Virus record (IMG/VR): IMGVR_UViG_3300021399_000140
DNA from: an uncultured virus (IMG/VR IMGVR_UViG_3300021399_000140)
Lineage: Duplodnaviria; Heunggongvirae; Uroviricota; Caudoviricetes
Strand: one strand, 5' to 3'
DNA: 64,000 nt
The notes beneath the pieces are model-generated. The model did not search any database and was not told the origin of the DNA. It saw only the letters and a program-made list of their open reading frames with translations. Below, piece by piece: positions 25,323 through 37,045 of this stretch (its first letter is position 1; every line of letters starts with the position of its first letter). The position numbers and the translations under genes were made by a program.

Positions 25323-25931
25323 ATGAATAGGATTAAAATTTGGTTAGCTGCAGCTGCAATGTCATTAGCAGCAGTTGGACATGCAGCAGACGCATTTGAG
25401 TTTGTGAACAGCTCTGATGGCTACAGCTACATACAGATCAATGAGAGCATTGAGTCATTTACATTCAAGTCAGATTGGCATTCTCTTGGAAATGCTGGAA
25501 GAGTTGGATATGTCGTCTACACTGCTGACATGAGTGATAAAGAGCGTGCCGTTTACATGGAAGCTAACGCCAACAATCCACAGTTTGGAAAGAACATCAA
25601 TGATGGAATAGTAGATCTTGGCTCGCTGAAAGCTGGTGACAAAGTTGGCTTCTATGAAGTTCGTCCAAATGGTGGAATTTACACATAGACATTATTTAAA
25701 GATTGGCACGATGAGAAGTGGCTTGCTTTTGACAAAAATGGCGGCCATGGCAAAGATGAGTGGATGACAATTGCTGACATCAATGTGAGCACTTCTGGAG
25801 GATCTTCAGCTGGAGCTTCAGGCGGATCATCTAGCGGCGCTCCAAGTGGTGCTCCACTTCCTGGCGCATTAGCAGTTTTGCTAGTAGGCAGCGTTGGCTT
25901 TGGCGCTTTGAAAGCTTCTAAGAAAAGATGA
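25323..25931 (+). CDS. Secreted protein with a PEP-CTERM/VPLPA-like C-terminal sorting tail
   Basis: N-terminal signal peptide; Gly/Ser linker then PSGAPLPG-ALAVLLVGSVGFGAL-KASKKR (Pro motif, TM helix, basic tail). Confidence 0.75.
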
Positions 25932-26836
25932 AATATGCATTTATAGCATTTTTCAGCATTGCATTTAGTTGCATAGCTTCATAGTTCAATCTGACTCTAG
26001 AGAATGATTGCTTCCTGCCAGACAAAAGTCTTGGCAGGGGGGATCATGACTACACGCATGGAACTGGCTTTGAGTATGTTGACAACAACTTCATACACTA
26101 CAAAGCTGGCCAGAACATGTATGCTCCAAGTGACTTGAGAAGAAGTGACCACATTGATGGTGATCGTCCATATGCCGGAATCATATATGGTGGAGTTGGA
26201 TATGATTTCTTCAGAGACTACAACCCATATTGGACGCATTACGGTGAGATTGACTTTGGAATGATTGGCCCTGCTGCATTTGCTGGACATACACAAAGAA
26301 TGATACATCGCATTCTTGGTTGCAGGGATCCAAAAGGCTGGCATAACTAGCTTCATAATGAGTTTGTAGTCAATGGACAATGGTGGGAAAAGTACAATTG
26401 GTATCTTTGTGATTATGTAGCTTTAGTTCCAAGGGCTGGTGTTCTAGCTGGAACAATCCAAGACGCATTTGAAGTTGGCTGTGACTTGAAGATAGGCTGG
26501 AATCTCAGAAATGATGCTGGAAACAACATGATGTTCAGCTCTAGCAGAAATGCAAGACCAAAGTCATTCTTTGACAAGCTAAGTGCGTGGACATATGTTG
26601 GAGCTGATGAAAGATACTATTTGTACAACCATATCTTAGAAGGCTCATTCATAAGAAACAGAGACAAAGACTTAGATGTCACAATTGAGCCATTTGTTGG
26701 AGAGCTGCAATGGGGAGCATGCATCTAGTATGAGAACTTCATTGTAAGATACTACATGTGCTTTAGGCAAGATGAGTACAAACATTAGAAGCATTCACCA
26801 AATTATGGCGGCTTGATGTTGGGCTGGTGCTGGTGA
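25928..26836 (+). CDS. lpxR: Lipid A deacylase LpxR family (DUF2219) outer-membrane beta-barrel
   Basis: Signal peptide; END, DYTHG, GQNMYAP, DRPYAG, GMIGP..., TQRMIH, PKGWHN(TAG=Q)LHNE; terminal aromatic W. Confidence 0.88.
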
Positions 26837-26853
26837 TAGTAAATATGTTTAGT

Positions 26854-27033
26854 ATGAAAAAGTTTCTTATTATGTCATTTCTTGCTGCATTGGCTGGCTG
26901 CACTTCAACAATAGACAAAGCTAGTCTAGAGAAGATAGACAAAGCTGCAAAGCTAGCTGACTAGATTGAGATGAATGGCTACAAGCTTGTAGCTACAAAC
27001 AAGACTTTGATCTTGATAGCGCCAAAACAATAA
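26854..27033 (+). CDS. Small lipoprotein
   Basis: MKKFLIMSFLAA-LAGC lipobox; 59 aa. Confidence 0.75.
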
Positions 27034-27072
27034 GAATAAACTCTATAATAGTAAAATCTAATTATAGAGATT

Positions 27073-28032
27073 ATGCAACTTATATTGAAGCCAACAGCAG
27101 CATGCAATTTTGCATGTACATTTTGCTCAGCAAACAAGCTTAAGTTGAAGCACCTTGTTTCAGTTCCTGATGAATTGAAGAAGCTTCTTGATGCACTTAA
27201 GCCTTAGGACATAATATTGACAGGTGGAGAGCCATTGCTTTGTTCAATAGCTTTCTATGAAGAGCTACTTGAAATAGGAGCTTGGACATTGAGCTTTACT
27301 TCTAATTTGAAAGCTTTTTATGAAAGTCCAGAGTTTTGGACAACATTGTTCAAGAATAGAAGAGTTGGAGTGTGCACTTCATTCTAGTATGGACCTGGAA
27401 GATGTTGGTCAGCTGGAGAACCATATACTGAGCAAAAGTTCATTGAAGTAGAAGAGCTATTTAGACAGAAGATTGGATATGCACCAATGTTTATAGCGGT
27501 TCTTTCAAATGACAATGAGCAATATGCAATGAAGCATCTTGAGCTAGCAAGAAAGCTTGGAACAAAATGCAAGCTTAATGGAGTTCTTCCAGTTGGATTG
27601 AGCAAAGAGTTCTTTCCAAGATGGAAGCTTTTCAAAATATGGCTTGATGCAATAGATTTAGGATATGGAGATGTGCTAGACATATAGACAGCTGCATATC
27701 AAGGTGGTTGTGGCTTGAACACTAACTGCATGTGCTAGTCTACAATAGGTGCTTGCGAGATTGCTGAAGATGGAAAGCTCCAATATGCAACATGTGAAGA
27801 AGATCTTAATGCTTAGACAGACCTTATTCTTCCACCAGACCATCAACTTGTTCCACAGCAGATGAAGATCCATCCAAACACATTGATCAGCAAAAAATGC
27901 TTGACATGCAAACTTTGCAGACTTTGCAATGGCTGCAAGCATGCAAGAAATGGTGCTTGTCATGATGACAGGCATTGTGAAGAGATGAAGAAGCTTGAAG
28001 ACAGAATAGTAGCTGCTGGCTGGAGGCTGTGA
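27073..28032 (+). CDS. Radical SAM protein with SPASM-like Cys-rich C-terminus
   Basis: LKPTAACNFACTFC, TGGEPLL; C-terminal CLTCKLCRLCNGC. Confidence 0.9.
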
Positions 28033-28835
28033 TGGAAGTGTATGCAATACCAAACTATGAATGCACATTAGCATGTCCTCATTGTGAGATAAAAGACATG
28101 AAATGTGAATGGAACAAAGACAAGTTCATAGAGCAGTTGAACAATCTTCCACAAGATGCAAAAGTCACATTGTTTGGAGGTGAGCCAACAATGTTTTCAG
28201 ATAGACTTGATGCATGCTGGCAAACAGGAAAAGTGACTTCAATCTCAACTAATTTGATGCATCTCAACTAGACTGCATGGAAAGTTCTTCTAGACAGAAG
28301 AGTGAGCATAGCAACATCATGGAACTTCACTAGATTCAATAGCAATCTTCCAATGAGCAGATGGCTAAGCAATCTAGAAGCGCTAGCAGGAGTTGGTCGA
28401 ACATGCATGGTTCTAGTGACTTTGACAGAAGATCTTATTTCAGACAAGAATTGGCTAGATGTTCTGCATGCATTTGACTAGATATAGAAGACTAATGCAT
28501 GTGATTCATTGCTTTTTGAGCAACTTATAGCTGATGACGCAGATCAAGCATTCTATGATGCATGTGATGGTTGGCTTTGCAAGCTTCATTGGACTTGGCG
28601 CTGGAAGTTCAGAAATGAGATAGAAGAGAAAGTCAAGAATGGATGGAAGTTTGTCTGCAATGACACATGGACATTGCATCCAGATGGAAACATGACTTTT
28701 GGCTGTCCGCATGGAAAGAAGAAAGCAATATGCACAAAATGCTTTTCATGTGAAAGAAAGTCTTCATGCAAGCCATGTGCGTTGTAGAGATGCTGCACTA
28801 TGCCAAAGCAGCTTGCTTAGATCTTGTCAGCTTGA
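28032..28835 (+). CDS. Radical SAM protein with SPASM/twitch-like C-terminus
   Basis: CTLACPHC, FGGEP, STN; TLHPDG...GCP, CFSC...CKPC; TGATG coupling to the upstream gene. Confidence 0.88.
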
Positions 28836-29774
28836 CAAGTGGTTCTTAAGATCTTCAAATGAATGAAGCTAGTTCTTTTTTGCTAGCTGGTATATTTCAG
28901 ACTTGTCTATGCACAATGAGCCTGCAAACTTGTTAGCTAAAGTTGTGCTTTCACTGAATATTATTTGTTGCTTCTCGTCTACTGCATTCTGCAGAATGAA
29001 CTGAAGAAGCTCTTTTCCAATGCTGTAAGACAAGTCAATGCTATGTGTTGAGAACACTACATCTGGAAATGCTAGATATTTGACAGTGCATTTGCAAGGA
29101 AGCAATGTCACATATACTGCTACATCATCATAGTTAGTTATAGCATTTCCTTGCTTGATGTTCTCTTCTGGAACTCCAAGTTTGCTTAGTCTATATGCAG
29201 CAAAGTCTCTCATTCTTTTGTCAAGCTCTATTCCATAGCATCTTTTAGGATCAGCACCAGCTATTATTGCTGCGGCTAAAAGATTTCCAGATCCAGCAGA
29301 TATGTCAATTATGTCTTTGTCTTGCAAAGTGTCTAGCTTTTCAAGCATCTTCATTGACATTGTTGGTTCAGTGAAGTACTAAGAGAACAATGAAGCTCTT
29401 ACTTTGTCAGACAGTAGTTGCTTGCTTTCTTCTTTTGCAATGTCATGCTCTTCAATTATTCTGCTCTTTACATCTTCTGAAAGGCTAAGTGCCTAAAGTT
29501 TTCTCCAATGTCTTAAGCATGTGTATATTCCAAGATCTGATGTCATAATTGCATCTTTGAACTGCTTGCTTGCAGACCACATTGGAATGTCTTCTAAAGC
29601 TACTATACTTTTTATGAGCTCATGCTCTTCATTTGTCGTGTACTTGTGCCATGCTGTTGGTTGCAGACTTATGCATATTCCATCTGGTTTCAACATCTCA
29701 AGAGCTTTTGCAAGAAATCTAAGATGCAAACCAGACTAATATGGTGGATTCATCAATACAATGTCATATTCCAT
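28827..29774 (-). CDS. N6-adenine (amino) methyltransferase with permuted motif order
   Basis: N-terminal YDIVLMNPPY, then S(TAG=Q)YFT, DISAGSGNLL and YGIELD. Confidence 0.8.
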
Positions 29775-30411
29775 TTTTCTCTACCATTTTAAGATATTCA
29801 CGTGATATGAAGTTAGTGTGGATATGCTTCTCTTTGCGTATTGGTTTTGGCATGTCTTTCAAGCAGCGCATGACATATTCCATGTTTACTGCTAATGTTC
29901 TCATTGTCTGAAGACCTTCTATGTCATGCTTCATCTCATCAGGTGTGTCACCATAGCATTCATTCCAGTACTAACTTCCAACAACTATCATTGAATGCAT
30001 CAAGAAGTACATGTTCAATTCTGCAAAAGCAGTTGTGTTTCCAGATCTTCTAGATGTAGTTATTCCAGCGCATGGCTTGAACTCTAGAAGATTTGGCTAG
30101 CTGTAGAACAATCTTGTCAAGAAGTTCTTAAGCTAGCTTGTTATTCCACCATAGTACACAGGACTTCCAACTATCAATCCATCATATGTGTGGGCGCATC
30201 TGACAAAGTAGTCTAAAGGATCATCTTTTATGAAGCATGTAGTCTTGTTGTCTTTGCAATGTCGACAATTCAAGCATGGCTTTATGTCTGTTCCAGTCCA
30301 TATAAGATCAAAGTCAACGCCGAGCTTGTTCAACTCGGCGCCAACTTCCATCAAAGCTGCATTAGTGCAGCCATTCTTTCTAGGACTGCCGTTTACTAAG
30401 GCTACTTTCAT
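29764..30411 (-). CDS. Iron-sulfur flavoprotein / NADPH-dependent FMN reductase
   Basis: NGSPRKNGCT, CLNCRHC...C, GSPVYY and VGS(TAG=Q)YWN. Confidence 0.9.
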
Positions 30412-31397
30412 CACGAATTGTATGTTGACTCATATGAGATAAGTGCATTTCCACATGTGATCCTGTCACGATCTTCCTCTTTGCTAGGAATGAACACAAT
30501 CACTTGCCAACCTTCGTCAATAAGCGGCTGCTCAAACTGCTTGTACACATCATAGTTGTAGTAGCCTTCAGACGTCTCAATTCCATTAGCTTCAGCTTCA
30601 ACCGTAGCATGGATAGGAGTAATCTTGACAATGAACTTCTCTTTGTCAAACAGACGAGTAAGCTCTTTAGGATCAAGAATAGTGTCTTTAGTCACAGGGA
30701 AGTTCAATGTGTACTTTCTTCCTTGTGGCATTGGAAGTGTCTTAGCAATCTCTGAGATCTCAGCTAATGTCAAAGAAGCGCCTCTGAACAAGTCATCTCT
30801 CTAAGCTTCATCAGTAGAGTTTATAGACAATTGAAGTCCAGCTTCACCCTTGTAGTGTCCATTCTTTATCTTGTCGCAGAACTCATAGATTATCTCTTGA
30901 AGCTTGTCTTTTCCAACAGCTTTAGGACACATTGTCGTGAACACTGGATGGATAGCATCAGCTTTCATGTTTCTGTTGACGATGTCTTCAAGCTTGTCAG
31001 TCAAGAACTCAAATACATTCTTGTAGTTGAATGTAGGCTCACCCATACGTGCTAAATGAAGATTGAACCTTCTAGTGTACTTGCATTCACTGAACTTTAT
31101 AGCGTTCTCTGTCTCTTCGCAAAGCTCATCTACAGAGATGTTTCCTTTGAACTTGACTTTAGGACAATCACAGAACTTGCATTTCATTGGACAACCTTTT
31201 TGTGTTGAGATTGTCACAACAAGCTTGTAGCCTAAGTCAACATCTTTATGCTCTACACCATTTATCTCTTTGTTGTATCCCAAGAAATCAGCTTTTATGT
31301 TGTTTTCTTGGCCATAGTCACCAACATAAAGATATTCCATTGTCTTGTCAGTGTCAGCAAATATTGCACCAGTGGCAGTTGGGAACTTCTTTATCAT
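30411..31397 (-). CDS. RlmN/Cfr-like class A radical SAM protein
   Basis: ISTQKGCPMKCKFC, MGEP, LQLSIN and C-terminal TCGN; AAGGA RBS. Confidence 0.82.
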
Positions 31398-31424
31398 GTT
31401 TTGTTATTCCTTTAATTTAATTAT

Positions 31425-31453
31425 ATTATACCGTTTTTGCAATTGCATTGCAA
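31425..31453 (-). promoter_or_regulatory. Sigma70-type promoter for the minus-strand operon
   Basis: TTGCAA-N17-TATAAT on the reverse strand. Confidence 0.6.
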
Positions 31454-31469
31454 TGTAAATATATATACT

Positions 31470-33671
31470 ATGGTAGATGAGTCAGTCTTAGATTCTCCTT
31501 AGAAAAGTTTGTGTTCATTAGTGTGGTCAAAGTCCACAGATGGAAACTATTATCTCAATCCATAGCTTCGCTAGAAGATAATGAAGCTATGCAACTATGT
31601 CTTTTCTTAGAAGTCATTAGATTGGATGAACAAGAAAGCCAATAGAAATTGGAAAGTTGAAGACTACTAGGTGCATATAATTGGATCTATAACTTCAAAC
31701 ACATATTCTAAGAACTCTGACATAGACATACATTTCATCATACCATCTATTCCAAAGAAAGATGCTGTCTTGTTTTCAGACACATTGCGTCTGAACTACA
31801 AAGAGAACTATCTTCCAGGCAATCCAACATAGTGCTATGGTGGAAACAAGCAAAACAAGTTTCCATTTGAGCTGTACTATCAGCCAAACATCTTCATGGA
31901 CATGACATCAATTGGATGCTACAATGTTCTTGATGGAGTATGGGAAGTTGGTCCTACACTTGTTGACAAAGACTTCAATCCATATTCTGCATACTTCAAG
32001 AAAAGTTTGGAAAACATTGAAGATGTCATATCAGATGTAAGAAACATAATTCTTGAGCCGTATGAGCTAGCTAAAGTCATAATGCATATAGACAAAGATG
32101 ACCATTTGTATAGGCAGCTAGCTAAACAGCTTATACAACTTTTGAAGAAGTCTTATGACATAAGCAAAGTAGTTTGGGGAAGACGAAACTACAAGAAAGT
32201 TGCTCATGACAAGAAGACTGCTAGCAAGATAAGAAACGACAAGACTAAGAAGATAATTGATGCGTCATTCAAGCTTCTTGAGAAGTTTGGCTACATATCT
32301 ATATTAAGAGACTTTGTAAAAGCATGGGAGAAGTTTGAAGATAGACGAATGGATGTAGATGATGTAGTAGAGACAATACTTATGAGTGTAGGACAGTTCA
32401 TAAAAGCGGATGATGAATGCATAAAAGAGTCAAAACAAATAAGAGACAACTTGAAGTTGTAGGTAGAAGACATGAACAATGAAAGACAACTAGAAGAAGC
32501 AGGTCTTATAATAAACAAGAATGATGGTGCATATCCAAAAGAAGGCTAGATATTGATAATGGCTGGTGGTGGAGGATCTGGAAAGAGCTTCATTCTAGAG
32601 AATTTGCTTCTGTTTGAAGGTAAAGTGTTCAACATAGACCATTCAAAAGAGTGCTTGAGACTGTATGGAAAGAAGAAGCCAGATGGAAAAATAGCTTAGA
32701 AATTCAAATAGAGATATGGTTATGAGCTTAAGGACATATCATTGAAGAATCCATAGCATTGCAATGATATACATGAGTTTTTAGTTCAATATCGTCTAGC
32801 ATATGAGCCACAAGCATTATTCTTCAAAGCTGCATAGGTATCAAAGATAAAGCCAAATGTCATATTTGACATCACATTGAAAGATCTTCAACATCTTGAG
32901 ATAATAAGTGCTTATGCTTAGCAAGGTGGATATGATCCAAAGAACATTCATGTAGTTTGGGTTCTTAATGACATTAAAGTAGCATTAGACTAGAATGCTA
33001 AGCGTGAAAGAACTGAGCCAACTGATGTCATTGTGACGGCGCACAATGGTGTAGCTACTTCAATGAAAGCTTTATTTGACTACTCAGAAAAATGGCGGCA
33101 AGCAATTGATGGTGACATTTGGATTGTGTTCAACAAGAAAGGCGTTGATGTTCATACAACAGTCAACATCAATCGTGATGATCTTGGCAACAAAAAAATA
33201 ACAATGAAGATTGATGACTACAGTGCAATACATATGAAAGAGCGTGGAAAGCCTGCGCTGAAGTTCAACTAGATTGAGAAGCCATTGATGGACAAGATAC
33301 TTAGCTATGTTCCAGACACAGCTAAAGCTAAGCTGCAAGCAGATTTAAAGGAAAAAGACATGAAAAACAACATACCGGCTGACATATAGCACTATAAAGA
33401 CCTTCTAGAAGATGATGTTGAGGAACCATTTGATGGTTTCTTTGGTGATGATTCTGAAGACAGCAGCACTAAGTATTTCGTTGCTGTCATGCAAGACAAC
33501 AAGACAAAAGAATGCTCATTTACTTTTGTAGAAGCTACAGATGATGAAGATGCTAGACTTCAACTTAAGAACAAGTTTCCAAATGCTAAAGTGCTTAAAG
33601 TCTAGCAAGAGAAGAATGACGCAAGCTACATATTGAAGTCACTTGGTCTTCAAAATGCAAAACGTGTATAA
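31470..33671 (+). CDS. Pol-beta-type nucleotidyltransferase fused to a P-loop (zeta/AAA_33-like) kinase
   Basis: IIGSITSNTYSKNSDIDIH; MAGGGGSGKS, VIFDIT and NAKRER; one frame with only TAG interruptions to TAA. Confidence 0.75.
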
Positions 33672-33682
33672 GGAACATACAG

Positions 33683-34051
33683 ATGGACAAGAACATAGAG
33701 TTGTGGAAGCAGATGCTTGAAAGCCAACTTGAAGAAGTCGAGCCAGTAGATGACAGTGTAGAATAGTCGCAAGTAGTAATTGACAATGCAGTAGCAAAAA
33801 AGCTCAATGAATTGCAAGGTGACTGCAAGAAATCTAAGTCTAAGTTCATGGCAGAACGTTTTAGAGTATATGGATATGAAGGTCAAATTTTGACTAGCAT
33901 CTGCACTAACTTAGAGAACATCATACAGTCATTGAAAAGCGGAAATATAAGCTTGAACATGTGCGACTGCTTAGATAGTGTTATAACTGACATCTACTAT
34001 GCAGATCGCCATAAGACGCCAGGACCAACTGATCCTAGAGACATAAGATAA
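33683..34051 (+). CDS. Hypothetical protein
   Basis: AAGGA RBS; one TAG; ends TAA. Confidence 0.6.
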
Positions 34052-34076
34052 CATTCTAGCAAATATTTGGTGCAGC

Positions 34077-34112
34077 AAGCATGGCATGAGTTTACATGCC
34101 ATGCTTTTGTTG
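34077..34112 (+). terminator. Rho-independent terminator
   Basis: AAGCATGGCATG-AGTTTA-CATGCCATGCTT followed by a T-rich run. Confidence 0.75.
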
Positions 34113-34126
34113 TATATTATATTTTA

Positions 34127-34756
34127 ATGCGACCAAAGACTTATCCAATCTAGATTTGGCTGCTAGATGATGACATGCAAAAGTCAGTCTAGCTTCTTCC
34201 AGACAAGCAGTTGTCAAAGACAATTCTTGGCTGCATGCAAGCGCTTGTAGCGACACGTCTGTATGTTGTAGGAATAAGAAGCATGCGATTCTACAAGTAC
34301 TACTTTGACAAAACAAGAAAAGATGAGACAATGGACAAGCTCTTTCCACTTTGGCCATTCAGCAAGAAGCCATCATTCTAGCAATATGGAACATAGACAA
34401 GCAAATGGTGCAGAAAATGCAAAGAGCATGTAGACTTTGTGCAAGAGTACATGAGATGCTGCTTAGAAGAGTATTTGTTCCGTTTTTCAAAAGAGCATGT
34501 TGTCTCAAAGTTTCTTGAATGGAACATGATAGACGCTCCACAACTTAATGTTCCAGAAGCGCATATCAAGAAGATAGTCTTTCCTTGGAAAGTTATTCCA
34601 CCAAAATACAGAAGCAAAGACATCTGCCTTAGCTACAGAAAGCATCTTAAGAATGTAGTTGATAAGAATGGTGGAGTCAAGATTGGTGACTACACTAGAA
34701 GAGACATTCCAGAATTTCTTCTAGAAGAGTCAGTTGTGTCAGAGCATATGCTCTAA
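34127..34756 (+). CDS. Pyrimidine-dimer glycosylase (DenV/Pyr_excise)-like protein
   Basis: IWLLDDD...LPDKQLSKTILGCMQAL, KWCR and EEYLFRFSKEH patterns; divergent. Confidence 0.55.
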
Positions 34757-34861
34757 GATTTTTGCAAGTCTTAGAGATAGTTCTAAGCAAAAAGTAGTTT
34801 AAGTGCAATGTCATGTTGATATAATAGCAACATGTAGTTCAAGTGAATGTGAAGGAGCATA

Positions 34862-35617
34862 ATGAAGAACCCTGGAATAAAAGGAAATGCAAATACAACT
34901 AAGTTGATTGCATCAATAAAGAATGCTGCAGAACAATACAAGACGCTCAACAAAGAAGAAGAGCGGGCAATGATAGACAAATATAGGCATGACAGAGTGA
35001 CTTTGAACAAGCTTCTTGTGATGCATAATGTCAGAGCAGTGTTCAACATGGCTAAGAAGTACAAGAACAAGACATATGACTTTGATGGCGTAGTTATGGA
35101 TGGAATGAGAGGTCTTGCAGAAGCTGCTTCATTGTTTGACATTGACAAAGGAATAAAGTTCATAACATATGCGATGTGGTGGATACGAAAACGCATGACT
35201 GCAAACTTCTATGGAAAGTAGACAGAGATTGACAAGAGAACGCTTTCATTGAATGCTAAAGGAATGTCTGTAGACAATGGAGATGGTGCACAACTTGAAA
35301 GCTTTGTGAATGACTATATAGATGTGTCATGCACGCACATAAAGACATTGAAGAATGAAATATCTTCTTCAGAAGAGCAGAAGATCTGCAAAGAGCTTTT
35401 TGACTATGTTGAGAACAATGATGCATTAAGTGCTCAAGACAAAGCAGTGTTCAAAGACATCTATTGGAACCAAGAGCGTCCAAAAGACATATCATTGAAG
35501 TACAATCTTTCAACACATGACATCAACTAGATAAAGTCAAAAGTCTTGAACATGTGCAAAGACATTCTAGTCAACCAATATTAGATAAAGTCATATCAAG
35601 ATTTGCATGATGAATGA
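34862..35617 (+). CDS. Phage-encoded sigma70-family (RpoD/RpoH-like) factor
   Basis: LNKEEE; region 2 HNVRAVFNMAKKY...GLAEAASLFDIDKGIKFITYAMWWIR; region 4-like C-terminus; AAGGAG RBS. Confidence 0.9.
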
Positions 35618-35698
35618 TGCAAATTTCTGGCATATGCGACTTTAGATTCATTTAAGTTGAGTATAATATCTTTAGGTAAAATTCTAAAGAGGACTTAA

Positions 35699-37036
35699 AT
35701 GGCATAGACATTTCGAAATCTTACATATCTAGCAGATACAAGCGGCTGCGGTATGTGGAGGCACTTGATGCCATTGCAGTCAGTCAACTGCATAGCATCA
35801 AGTTTCAACATGGTCAATACAGCAACTTAGACACCAATACTAGATCCAAACTACTACAAAGGGATAACATCTGTAACTGTCCAGCGTTGGATATCAGACT
35901 ACAATAGAGAGATCTTCATGAAGCTGCTTAAGCCTGTATGTGACGCTAATGCAGCTTTCTTGATATATGAAATAGATGACTGCATGGCAGCTAAGTACAT
36001 TGAGATGTACAATAGAGGCAGAGAAGCATATGAGTCTCCAAAGATTCAAGCTAACATCAAAGAGATGTTGAACAATGCAGATCTTCTTATAACTACTACT
36101 GACCACATCAAGCAATTCTACCATGATTGGTATGGTGTTCCATTAGAGAACATTGTAGCACTTCCAAATCTTCTTCCAAGATGGTGGTTTGGAGACAGAT
36201 ATGATGAAGAAAGAAAGGTCTAGCAATTCAGCAAGAACAAAGCTCGACCAAGAATTGGAATAATATCGTCTTTAAGCCATTACAATGTAGATGACGTAAG
36301 AATAACTAAAGATGGTCTTGCTGCTAGAAAGAAGAAGAATCCAGATGGAAAAGAAGTTTGGAAGAATGAAGTTGGAGCAGAAGTAGAAGAAGCAGAATTA
36401 AGCCATATCATTGATGACTTGACAGAAATTATTCCAATGATACAGTCAACGGTGCGTGACTTTCAATGGGTGTTTTTTGGATATTGTCCAGATGTGCTTA
36501 AGCCATTAGTTGACAAGAAGCTTATTGAAGTGCATCAAGGCTCTGCAATATTGAACTATGCTTCAATGCTTGAGAACTTGAAGCTGCAAGCTGTAGTAGC
36601 GCCAATCAAAGACTGTGTGTTCAACAGATGCAAGTCATTCATAAAGTACATGGAATGTGCTGCGATAGGTGTTCCATGTTATGCATCAAACTAGCTTCCG
36701 TATTCTCGAGTGATGCCAAAAGAGCAGTTGTATAGCACTGCAGATGAGCTTAAAGCTATGCTTTTGAAGTTGAAGTTCACTTCTGTTGGAATATATTAGA
36801 AGATCATATAGCAGCAATGGAAATGGCTCAATAGTCCAATACATGAAGGAAGCTTTGACTTGAAGAACTTCTGGCTAGAAGACAATCTTAACATACATAT
36901 TGATCTTCGTCGTCTTCGTCAAAAGCCATTGCAGATATCATTCAAGCTTCTAGCTAAGAATTATGAAGCAATGGTCAAAGAAGAGAAAGAAAATACATTG
37001 TTTGAGACGCCTGGTGGCGCAAAGATCATGAAATAA
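35699..37036 (+). CDS. GT-B glycosyltransferase
   Basis: ADTSGCGMWR, YEIDD, ADLLITTT and FNRCKSFIKYMECAAIGVP. Confidence 0.8.
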
Positions 37037-37045
37037 GGAATTTAT

